Virus record (IMG/VR): IMGVR_UViG_3300005573_000063
Coordinates: 1-64,000 of that record
DNA from: a virus
Direction: 5' to 3' (one strand)
Length of the DNA stretch: 64,000 nucleotides
Part shown: piece after piece, positions 56,143 through 64,000 of the stretch
How positions within the stretch are numbered: position 1 is the first letter of the stretch
Layout of the letters: each line of letters opens with the position of its first letter
Program-made: the position numbers and the translations under genes
Notes under the pieces: generated by a model
What the model saw: the letters and a program-made list of their open reading frames with translations, nothing else
The model's database searches: none
Told to the model about the DNA's origin: nothing

Positions 56143-56356
56143 ATGGTAGGAGAGATCAGGGCTTGCCTCCTAGTGTAAGGATTCTAGACTAGATAATAGA
56201 CATTCACTAAAAGATTATCTGTATTGTCTTAGCATTCCACATCCTTACAGGGAGACTTAAAGTCCTTATAAGGACGTACCTTACTCTTTTTGATGATAAA
56301 TTATGAAATTGTCAAGCTGCTGTTCTGCTCAACTTCTTCTTCCCTGCTGAGAGCAC

Positions 56357-56385
56357 ACTCTAGCACACTGGTGAAGAGGTGTCAA
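56357..56385 (-). promoter_or_regulatory. sigma70/SigA-type promoter for the tRNA array
   Basis: TTGACA-N17-TAGAGT with TG extension. Confidence 0.6.
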
Positions 56386-56397
56386 GAGAGAAGTTGA

Positions 56398-56472
56398 ATG
56401 GCACGCCCACTGAGAGTCGAACTCAGGCTTAAGGTTTTGGAGACCTTTGTGCTACCGTAACACCTTGGGCGA
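56398..56472 (-). tRNA. tRNA-Trp(CCA)
   Basis: AAGGT-CTCCAAA-ACCTT; G73-CCA. Confidence 0.85.
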
Positions 56473-56689
56473 ATGTATTTAGTAAGGCAAATGTATTTAG
56501 TAACTAGAAAAGCTACCCGAAGGTAGCCTGTAGGATTTTCTCTAATTCGTTGTATTAATTAGATAATCCTACATAGCTGTTCCCCAGGCATAGAGATTCC
56601 CTGGCTGAGGAGTATTATTCGGTTGAATAAGTTGATGCTTAAACATAATAAACTCTTGACGGTTCTGAATGTACAGGGTGAGTAATATA

Positions 56690-56800
56690 CTGTATCTATC
56701 TAATACTATTAGATAGTAATTATTTTACATACTCTATATTATTTATATATATATAGTAATTATTTTATATACTATATATATATTACATATGTTCTATTCC
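56690..56800. repeat. Very AT-rich tract with direct repeats at a divergent strand switch
   Basis: TAGTAATTATTTTA(C/T)ATACT x2 and (TA)n runs. Confidence 0.55.
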
Positions 56801-56915
56801 GTAACACTCTTAACTACTAGGTTAGTTAGGTGAATGAGTAGGTTCTTAAAATCTCTTTTACTTAGAACCGAGGAGAAAATGTTCTTATTCCCGACTTTCT
56901 CAGATTTTTTCTGAT

Positions 56916-56944
56916 TTGACAGATTTTTTGTTCTGTGGTAGGAT
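56916..56944 (+). promoter_or_regulatory. sigma70/SigA-type promoter
   Basis: TTGACA-N17-TAGGAT. Confidence 0.65.
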
Positions 56945-57002
56945 GTTCCCTTCATCTTACAGGAATCACCTCAGGTTGAAACCACAGCTGAAAGGACTTC
57001 TT

Positions 57003-57464
57003 ATGAAGAAGAAAATATGCACTGGCTTGTACGTACTTTCTCTGGGAGTAGCTTATCATTTCCCAGTTCTGATGGTCAAGCATCTTCCTAAAGTAAATTT
57101 TGTTCCGGTACCAGTTTATTATTATAAGCCAGTAATTCATACTCCCTGGTGGAAATTACCTCGGACTGGCGTAGCAAAAATTAACGAAGAAATTAGTCTT
57201 CAGAAAGACTTACACTGCATTAAGTATTACGAATCTCGTGGAGAATATTCCATTGATACTGGAAATGGATACTATGGAGCATATCAGTTTGATCCTGTTA
57301 CCTGGGATTATGTAGTTAATAAGATAGGATTTTCTCAGTACGCTAATGGGAATGCAAATCTAGCTCCTCGTGTTGTACAGAACAAGGCTGCTCTCTACCT
57401 CCATAAGATTAGGGGGTGGAGTCCTTGGCCCGTATCAAGTGTTAAATGTCATTTAAATTCATGA
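57003..57464 (+). CDS. Rpf-like (resuscitation-promoting factor) transglycosylase
   Basis: CIKYYESRG...TGNGYYGAYQF...TW...Q...GWSPWP...C; start MKKKIC after AAAGGA. Confidence 0.85.
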   Translation: MKKKICTGLYVLSLGVAYHFPVLMVKHLPKVNFVPVPVYYYKPVIHTPWWKLPRTGVAKINEEISLQKDLHCIKYYESRGEYSIDTGNGYYGAYQFDPVTWDYVVNKIGFSQYANGNANLAPRVVQNKAALYLHKIRGWSPWPVSSVKCHLNS

Positions 57465-57519
57465 TGTAGGAACAATTTTAGACAGCTGTATGCTATGAGC
57501 ATCGTAGAGGAGTGAAAAT

Positions 57520-58218
57520 ATGACACAAGGATTATTTGATGGAGCCACCTGGAAGGGACCAGTTCCAAATATGGTAGTAGGAGGGATGGGGAAGATTCAG
57601 GGAATTGTTTTGCATATTATGCAAGGAACTCTTGCCGGATGTGATTCATGGTTCCACAATCCCTCATCTCAGGTAAGTGCTCATTTTGGTAATGGTAAGA
57701 CTGGCCTGCTGTACCAGTGGGTGAATGCAGATAATGTTGCGTGGGCTGAGGCGGGAGGAAATCCTTATTGGCTCTCAATCGAACATGAGGGGGTTACAGG
57801 GCAATCCCTGACCCCTGAGCAGATCCTCAATGACGCTAAGATATTAGTATGGGCACATGAAAATTATGGGGTACCGTTTACTCTAGCTAATGATCCATCT
57901 CAGTCCGGTTTAGGGTATCATGCTATGGGAGGTGTTCCATGGGGTAATCATCCAGACTGCCCAGGCCCTCCCATTATTGCTCAAAGAACACAAATTATCG
58001 AACAAGCACTAACCCTTACGAGAAAGGATATTAATAATATGCAGTTTATGGCAAAATCTCCGGATGGTCCTGCAACATGTATGTTTGATGTAGGAACTAA
58101 AACTTACTGGGGCCTTGGCTCCGCAGAACAAGTACTTTTCTACGAATCTCTAGGTATCAAGAATATTACAGGAGTAGTTCCTGCTGCAGTGTATGCTCAG
58201 TACACAAGGACTGGTTAA
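57520..58218 (+). CDS. N-acetylmuramoyl-L-alanine amidase (endolysin-like)
   Basis: IVLH, SAHF, AWAE, SIEHEG, YH...CPG. Confidence 0.85.
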   Translation: MTQGLFDGATWKGPVPNMVVGGMGKIQGIVLHIMQGTLAGCDSWFHNPSSQVSAHFGNGKTGLLYQWVNADNVAWAEAGGNPYWLSIEHEGVTGQSLTPEQILNDAKILVWAHENYGVPFTLANDPSQSGLGYHAMGGVPWGNHPDCPGPPIIAQRTQIIEQALTLTRKDINNMQFMAKSPDGPATCMFDVGTKTYWGLGSAEQVLFYESLGIKNITGVVPAAVYAQYTRTG

Positions 58219-58220
58219 GT

Positions 58221-58712
58221 ATGCAAATTGAAAAAAAGGTTCCTATTGCATGCCCTATTTGTGGCGGGGAGGGATGTAAGCCTTGTAATCAAAAGGGAAT
58301 TGTTTATGAGGTGACGAGTGAGATTTACTCTGAAGAAGAGTCAAATGCAATTCTTGTAGCTGATATAAATTCTATTAAAATGCTTCTTCAAGATCTTCAA
58401 TCTAGACTACAGAAGCTTGAAAGTGAACAAGGATATTCTTTTCCTAAGGGTGCCTCTCCTGGAATCTACAATCCTACATATCCTTATGTAACTTATGGTA
58501 CTACTTATAGTAGTACACCAGTAACTCCAAGGCAAACTTATTCTACTACCACCTTTGCGGTATGTGAAGATGGATCGGGGAAGTTTTATAATATTGGAGA
58601 CAGTACTCAAGACTATACTCTATATTCTTCAAGTGATATAAATAAATGGGACGGCGACAAAAAGAGTCAAATACTAAGAGATAAAAAGAAAATGCTAAAA
58701 TCTGTAGCCTAG
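58221..58712 (+). CDS. Hypothetical protein with DnaJ-like Zn finger and coiled coil
   Basis: CPICGGEGCKPCNQKG. Confidence 0.5.
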   Translation: MQIEKKVPIACPICGGEGCKPCNQKGIVYEVTSEIYSEEESNAILVADINSIKMLLQDLQSRLQKLESEQGYSFPKGASPGIYNPTYPYVTYGTTYSSTPVTPRQTYSTTTFAVCEDGSGKFYNIGDSTQDYTLYSSSDINKWDGDKKSQILRDKKKMLKSVA

Positions 58713-58739
58713 TAACTTAAGCAAAATAGAATAATTTAT

Positions 58740-58770
58740 AACAACCACCTCTCCTATAGGGGTGGTTGTT
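58740..58770 (+). terminator. Hairpin between operons
   Basis: AACAACCACCTCT-CCTAT-AGGGGTGGTTGTT. Confidence 0.45.
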
Positions 58771-58794
58771 CCAATCTAAGGGTAAAATATAAAA

Positions 58795-61044
58795 ATGATT
58801 GATATTGACACATCTGTAGATGTAGAAGAGAATGTAGTTCGAGCTGGGGGAAAGGCTAGTTATACACGCAGGCCAGATCGTAAAAATCCAGAGAAGACAT
58901 TCTTACCCGGAATTCACTTGTTTGCTGAGGAGCGTTATGAGGCTGGTGAAATCATAGAACGAGATGATGAATTTTATTTTCTTTCTTTTAGACTTTCGGA
59001 TAATTTTATAAAACCCTATAAAACAAAAACTCCCTCCTTTGGCTTTCCTATAGGAGGAGGAAATACTCTTGGAGAGTATGTATGGTTTACCAAATACTCT
59101 CGTAAGAAGCTAGATGGAACTAAGGAAAGATTTTGGGAGGGATGTCGGCGTGTGATCGAAGGTATGTATTCCATTCAAAAAGATCATGCCTTTTACTATC
59201 GTCTTCCATGGGATGAGAAGAAAGCTATTGTATCTGCTCAAGAAGCGTATGATCGTCTTTTCTCTTTCAAGTGGACGCCTCCTGGAAGAGGATTTTGGAT
59301 GATGGGAACATTCTTAGTTAACGGCCTTAAGACATCTGCTCCTCTACAGAATTGTGCTATGTTATCCACTAAGATAAAAGACCCTCTAGATCCCGCTTTC
59401 CCATTTTATCGTTTAATGGAAATGGCTACCCTAGGTGTAGGAGTAGGATTTGATACATTAGGAGCAGGTCAAGTTACTTTGCATGCACCTTTAGAAGGAG
59501 AACATCAGAAAGTAGTGATTGATGATTCTCGTGAGGGATGGGCTGATTCCACTCGACTTTTATTGGAAAGTTATTTTTTGCCAGATAAGCCAGTTATAGA
59601 TTTTGATTACTCCGAGATTCGTCCGGCAGGTGCTCCTATCAAAAGATTTGGAGGTACTGCAGCTGGCCCAGAACCTTTGATTCAATTTCATGAAAGAGTG
59701 AGGAATCTTTTTAAAGACCGTAAGGGGGATCTACTTAGCACGTCAGATATTGTCGATATTCAAAATATGATTGGCAAATGTGTAGTAGCAGCAAATGTGC
59801 GTAGTTCAGCTGAGATTGCGCTAGGAGATATCTCTGACTCAGAATTTCTTCACTTAAAGGATCCTTATTTGCACCCAGTACGCATGGGTTTTCAAGAAGG
59901 ACCAAATGGAGGTCCCTTAACTGATGCGGATGGAAATTGGATTCCTACTGAACAAGGAGGCTGGGGTTATACGTCCAATAATTCCGTATTCGTAAATGTG
60001 GGAGATGATTATTCAGCTCTTTCTGAAGGAATTGTTCTGAATGGAGAGCCTGGACTTGTCTGGCTTGATGTATCCAGAAAATATGGAAGATTAATTGACC
60101 CTCCTGATGGTCGAGACTATCGAGTAGCAGGTGTTAACCCTTGCGCAGAGATGCTACTCGAAAGTAGCGAATGTTGTACCTTAAGTGAAACCTATCCCAC
60201 TAAGTGTGAAGATTTAGATGACTATTTGCGTACCCTTAAGTTTGCCTATTTGTATGGTAAAACTGTCACTCTTCTCCCTACTCACTGGCCTGAAACTAAT
60301 GAGGTTATGATTCGTAATAGACGTATTGGCCTATCTATGACTGGACTCGCTGAGTTTGTTGAGAATAAGGGATGGCATGAGCTGAAGAAATGGCAAGATG
60401 CGGGATATAGAGAAGTACGTAGGTGGGATAAAATATACTCAGAATGGTTAGGAATTAGAGAGTCCATCAAGGTAACAACTACAAAGCCGTCCGGAAGTGT
60501 AAGCTTGCTAGCTGGTGTCACACCAGGGTGTCATTGGCCGAAAGAAAGAGGATTTTATCTGCGTAGGGTAAGAGAGTCGGTTAATAATCCCATAGCCAAA
60601 GCTATGGAAGAAGCCGGGTACCATGTAGAGCCTAATCTTCAAAATCCTCAATTTGGAGTAGTTGTGACGTGTCCTACTGAGGGACCAGATATTCGCCCAG
60701 AGGCCGATGTATCTCTATGGGAGAAGGTGTCTCTAGCTGCTCAGACCCAAGAATGGTGGTCAGACAATTCAGTCTCGGTGACGGCTACATTTGACATCGG
60801 AAAAGAGAGTGACCAGATAGGAGCAGTATTGCGCTCCTTTGATGGAAGGCTAAAGTCAATCTCTTTTCTAGGGACTTCAGGAGGAAATTATGCTCAGTTG
60901 CCTTATGAGAAGGTTCCTGTAGAAGAATGGAGTGCTCTCAGAAGCAGAGTACGTCCCCTCAACTGGGACCTCTTATATGCTAGTGATGCAGCAGATGCAG
61001 AGGGGGAACGCTACTGTTCGAATGACTCTTGCACTTTGGAGTAG
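58795..61044 (+). CDS. nrdJ: Class II (B12-dependent) ribonucleotide reductase, monomeric type
   Basis: PPGRG, LQNC, GVGVGF, GVNPCAE, RRIGL, TTKPSGSVS; C-terminal CSNDSC. Confidence 0.9.
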   Translation: MIDIDTSVDVEENVVRAGGKASYTRRPDRKNPEKTFLPGIHLFAEERYEAGEIIERDDEFYFLSFRLSDNFIKPYKTKTPSFGFPIGGGNTLGEYVWFTKYSRKKLDGTKERFWEGCRRVIEGMYSIQKDHAFYYRLPWDEKKAIVSAQEAYDRLFSFKWTPPGRGFWMMGTFLVNGLKTSAPLQNCAMLSTKIKDPLDPAFPFYRLMEMATLGVGVGFDTLGAGQVTLHAPLEGEHQKVVIDDSREGWADSTRLLLESYFLPDKPVIDFDYSEIRPAGAPIKRFGGTAAGPEPLIQFHERVRNLFKDRKGDLLSTSDIVDIQNMIGKCVVAANVRSSAEIALGDISDSEFLHLKDPYLHPVRMGFQEGPNGGPLTDADGNWIPTEQGGWGYTSNNSVFVNVGDDYSALSEGIVLNGEPGLVWLDVSRKYGRLIDPPDGRDYRVAGVNPCAEMLLESSECCTLSETYPTKCEDLDDYLRTLKFAYLYGKTVTLLPTHWPETNEVMIRNRRIGLSMTGLAEFVENKGWHELKKWQDAGYREVRRWDKIYSEWLGIRESIKVTTTKPSGSVSLLAGVTPGCHWPKERGFYLRRVRESVNNPIAKAMEEAGYHVEPNLQNPQFGVVVTCPTEGPDIRPEADVSLWEKVSLAAQTQEWWSDNSVSVTATFDIGKESDQIGAVLRSFDGRLKSISFLGTSGGNYAQLPYEKVPVEEWSALRSRVRPLNWDLLYASDAADAEGERYCSNDSCTLE

Positions 61045-61063
61045 AGTGTGGTAAGGTGAAGGG

Positions 61064-61240
61064 ATGGCGAAGAAGAGAAAAACCTTCAAACTAAAGATTT
61101 CAACCCAGCGGGACCAGTGGATCGCCAACACTGGACACCCGTGGCCCAGAGCTGTTACAATACCCAACAAGCGTCTAAAAGCTCTTCGAGAGCTAGGACG
61201 TAAGAAGGTCAGCGAAAAAGAAATTTTGGACCTGACTTGA
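61064..61240 (+). CDS. Small basic protein (58 aa, not in ORF track)
   Basis: MAKKRKTFKLK...PNKRLKALRELGRKK. Confidence 0.4.
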   Translation: MAKKRKTFKLKISTQRDQWIANTGHPWPRAVTIPNKRLKALRELGRKKVSEKEILDLT

Positions 61241-61265
61241 CACCTACAGGAGACTGTGATAAGGT
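61237..61265 (+). promoter_or_regulatory. sigma70/SigA-type promoter
   Basis: TTGACA-N17-TAAGGT. Confidence 0.65.
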
Positions 61266-61319
61266 GTTGGAGAAGTGAAGAGCGGTTACCTACCAGACAA
61301 ATAACAAGGAGAAATAATA

Positions 61320-62429
61320 ATGGCGAATACGTTGCTGCCCAAGGCTGGGGAATACTGGAAGAATGGGTTCAATGTTCTTCTGATCGGTCCTCATGGAGTT
61401 GGCAAGACAGTGCTGGTGAAGGACCTTGCCAATGAGCAGGGTATCAATGTCAAGTATTTCAGCTGCTCGACACTTGAGCCTTTCACTCACTTCGTTGGAG
61501 TTCCTCACCCCTCAATTGATACTCTGGGGCGTGATACGATCAAGCTTCTACGTCCTCGTGACGTGGATGATGCCGAGATGCTATTCTTCGATGAGCTGAA
61601 CCGTGCAGATGACACGGTGCTCAACGCTGTTCTGGAGATTGTCCAGTTCGGGACGATCAACGGAGAGCCTCTGCCTAAGCTGAGGTGTGTGTGGGCTGCT
61701 ATCAACCCTCCTGAGGGCGAGTATCACGTTCACGAGCTGGACCCTGCTCTCGTAGACCGCTTCGATATTTACGAGGAGCTGAAGCCTAAGCCGAATGCCA
61801 AGTACCTGGAGGGAAAGATTTGGGAGGCAGTTCAGAAGTCCGACTCTTCTACCACCTATGTCAGCACACAGGCAATTGCCAAGGCTCTGGTGCAGTGGTT
61901 CAATGAGCATGACTTTCCGAAGGATTCTCCTGAGAACTACGTTTCTCCTCGTAGGTTGGAAAAGATTGGGACAGTTATTGCTGTTCTACATAGTGCCGCT
62001 CAGGTGCGTAAGCTTTTGCCTCCTGGCAGTCAGCTCGATGCAGCTAAGCTGCAGGACATGCTCACCAAGGCTCTCAAGACCGAGGATGCGGTCCGAATTG
62101 TCAATAATGAGGGGGCTGCAGTCTTTGGTCCCAACTCGACCATCACTTACAAGCCAGACTGGATCTTCAAGAACTTGGATACTGTGGTGGAGGCATTCCA
62201 GAGCCCTGACTGTGCGGAAGAGACTCGCCAGCAAGTCGTGGACGCCATGGCTGGCGCTGGTGCTGAGCGTTGGTGTATCGTCATGGACCGCCTTCTGAGG
62301 GAGGGTTTGGACCCCAAGACTGTGGCTGCAGCCTACTTCAGCTTTCCTGACACAAAGCAGGATGAGGTTGGTCGCCTGGATATCGCCAAGGCTGATAGTC
62401 CTCTGGACCAGGCCATCTGGAGCCTCTAA
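61320..62429 (+). CDS. MoxR-like AAA+ ATPase
   Basis: GPHGVGKT, FFDELNRA, AAINP, LDPALVDRF, SPRR. Confidence 0.85.
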   Translation: MANTLLPKAGEYWKNGFNVLLIGPHGVGKTVLVKDLANEQGINVKYFSCSTLEPFTHFVGVPHPSIDTLGRDTIKLLRPRDVDDAEMLFFDELNRADDTVLNAVLEIVQFGTINGEPLPKLRCVWAAINPPEGEYHVHELDPALVDRFDIYEELKPKPNAKYLEGKIWEAVQKSDSSTTYVSTQAIAKALVQWFNEHDFPKDSPENYVSPRRLEKIGTVIAVLHSAAQVRKLLPPGSQLDAAKLQDMLTKALKTEDAVRIVNNEGAAVFGPNSTITYKPDWIFKNLDTVVEAFQSPDCAEETRQQVVDAMAGAGAERWCIVMDRLLREGLDPKTVAAAYFSFPDTKQDEVGRLDIAKADSPLDQAIWSL

Positions 62430-62573
62430 AATTTAACCTATGTAATTCATCTCAGGGTCAGAAAAGTAAACGGAGAATGGGAAAGTCTGCAGTCCGAGCA
62501 GACCAGATACCTCACCCGCCCTCAAATGTGCTATACTGAACGTGACGAGTTATCCGGAGAATAAGGAGAGAAA

Positions 62574-64000
62574 ATGGCTGATACTGACACCCACAGCAAG
62601 ACCTGGGTTCTAACAGGTGAGGCGGTCCTTGGCTACCCATCCTACGGGATGACGGTGGCTGAGGTATTTTACTCTTTGCCTGAGAACTTCATGGACGGGT
62701 CCTCCTCGCAGGGAGATGTCACCTTTGAAGAGGTGCAGAAGCAGATTGAGAAGCAGCTGGCGGCTATGCTTGAGGAAAATCCTGCAGAGCCTCCTCTCAA
62801 GTCTGTAGCTCAGGCATATAGAGAAGCGATTGACTGGCTCGATGAGAACTATGCGTACTTTCTTACGCACGTTCTTAATCTTGGAATACCCGTATCTAAT
62901 CCTCATATGCCGACTGCTGCTGTCTTTTTCAACGACTTGACAAAGAAGTTGGAGTTTCATATCAACCCCGAGCTGACTCGGTTGGAGACGGAGGAGTTTG
63001 CATTCGTTTTGGCTCACGAGACGATGCATGTTAGGTTGCGTCACCTCGACGTGCTCAAGAGGTTTTATTCTCGGATTACGGATGAGGAAGAGAAGATTAA
63101 GGAAGCAAATAAGGCCAACTGTGCAGCAGATGTCGTAATCAATGATTATCTGGAGGCTCGTGGCTTTACTCTTCCGGTTACCCCTCCCTCATCCAGTAGT
63201 GCAAATAGCGGTACATGCTCTATTTCTTTCCCGAGCCAGGAGGCTATGGAGAAGTTTCTTTCAGAGCATCCTGAGCTGTTCCAGCCTGGTGGAAAGCCTC
63301 GTGATGGTCAGGGCCAGGATGGTCAGGATCGAGCCAACAAGGCAGGCGGGGAGGCAACTAGTAAGTTTCCTTCTGACGCTGACAGCCTTGGTGGTCCCAC
63401 CCAAACCTCTATCAGTTCTGGTGTGAGCTACGGATTCGGAACTACCAACGAGATTAGTGCCTGGAGTAAGGACACTGGGACTAGCTTGGAATGGGGTAAG
63501 CTTATGGCTCGTGTTAATCCCGAACTATTCTCTAAGTTCGGAATTGGAAAGCATCCTCGTAAGGACTTCCACACTCCTCACCGTGGGACTGCTTTCTTTC
63601 CGGAGGTTAATCTGCCTGTGAAGGCAGTCACTCACTCAGATAAGCTGCGTGAGACGGACAAGATTCCGTTCATCGTGTTGGCTCTGGATACCTCAGGTAG
63701 TTGTTCTCACCTAGTGGATAAGTTCATCACTCTTGCTAAGAGCATTCCCAAGAAGCGGGTTAAGCTGTGGGTATGTACCTTCTCTACTAATTACATGGAG
63801 CTGGATTTGGACAATCCTCACTATCAGTGTGCTGGTACAGATTTTAGTGCCATTGAAAACTACATTCAATTCAAGATGACTTCTGAAAAGCGCAAGAAGT
63901 ACCCGGACACTGTAGTGGTGGTCACGGATGGTGTCGGAGTTTTCTCCTCTTCTGCTCCTCCTGAGCAGCACTGGGGAAACTGGCACTGGCTCTTGGATGA
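62574..64000 (+). CDS. Metallopeptidase (HEXXH) plus VWA domain protein, DUF2201-like (3' partial)
   Basis: ATG after AAGGAGAG; AHETMH, NCAADVVIN, LALDTSGS and VVTDG motifs; runs off the window end. Confidence 0.8.
   Translation, partial: MADTDTHSKTWVLTGEAVLGYPSYGMTVAEVFYSLPENFMDGSSSQGDVTFEEVQKQIEKQLAAMLEENPAEPPLKSVAQAYREAIDWLDENYAYFLTHVLNLGIPVSNPHMPTAAVFFNDLTKKLEFHINPELTRLETEEFAFVLAHETMHVRLRHLDVLKRFYSRITDEEEKIKEANKANCAADVVINDYLEARGFTLPVTPPSSSSANSGTCSISFPSQEAMEKFLSEHPELFQPGGKPRDGQGQDGQDRANKAGGEATSKFPSDADSLGGPTQTSISSGVSYGFGTTNEISAWSKDTGTSLEWGKLMARVNPELFSKFGIGKHPRKDFHTPHRGTAFFPEVNLPVKAVTHSDKLRETDKIPFIVLALDTSGSCSHLVDKFITLAKSIPKKRVKLWVCTFSTNYMELDLDNPHYQCAGTDFSAIENYIQFKMTSEKRKKYPDTVVVVTDGVGVFSSSAPPEQHWGNWHWLLD

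Noticed and set aside
58795-61044. Intein or intron in nrdJ (also checked the helicase)
   Set aside because: Lengths are normal and no C...HN splice motifs or frame interruptions are seen.

Overview
This 64 kb window is part of a large, fairly AT-rich tailed phage genome with a contractile tail (myovirus-like). The host is most likely an Actinobacterium, judging from the Lsr2-like, Rpf-like and Pth2-like genes. Layout: (i) 1.8-12.9 kb, minus strand: accessory/early genes (HslV-like Ntn protease, ArdC, Pth2, MazG-like, ThyX, SLOG, AT-hook protein), many behind near-consensus TTGACA-N17-TANNNT promoters. (ii) 13-39 kb, plus strand: neck, sheath, tube, tape measure and baseplate operon ending in an SNF2 helicase. 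(iii) 39-56.5 kb, minus strand: about 29 hand-identified tRNA genes covering all 20 amino acids, several with non-canonical folds, mixed with HNH nucleases, nucleotide hydrolases and several structured non-tRNA RNAs. (iv) 57-64 kb, plus strand: Rpf-like transglycosylase, amidase, class II ribonucleotide reductase and a MoxR-AAA/VWA-metallopeptidase pair. The strongest unexplained signals are: a 15-member family of ~60-77 aa proteins sharing six invariant histidines (HxxxxH...HxxxH...HxH), mostly in translationally coupled arrays; two tRNA-Arg genes lacking a D-arm and sharing a novel layout; a CUU-UAA-CUA stop-hop signature inside a phosphoesterase catalytic motif; and pseudoknotted ncRNA candidates directly abutting tRNAs. 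All calls come from reading the sequence and motifs by eye; no database searches were run.
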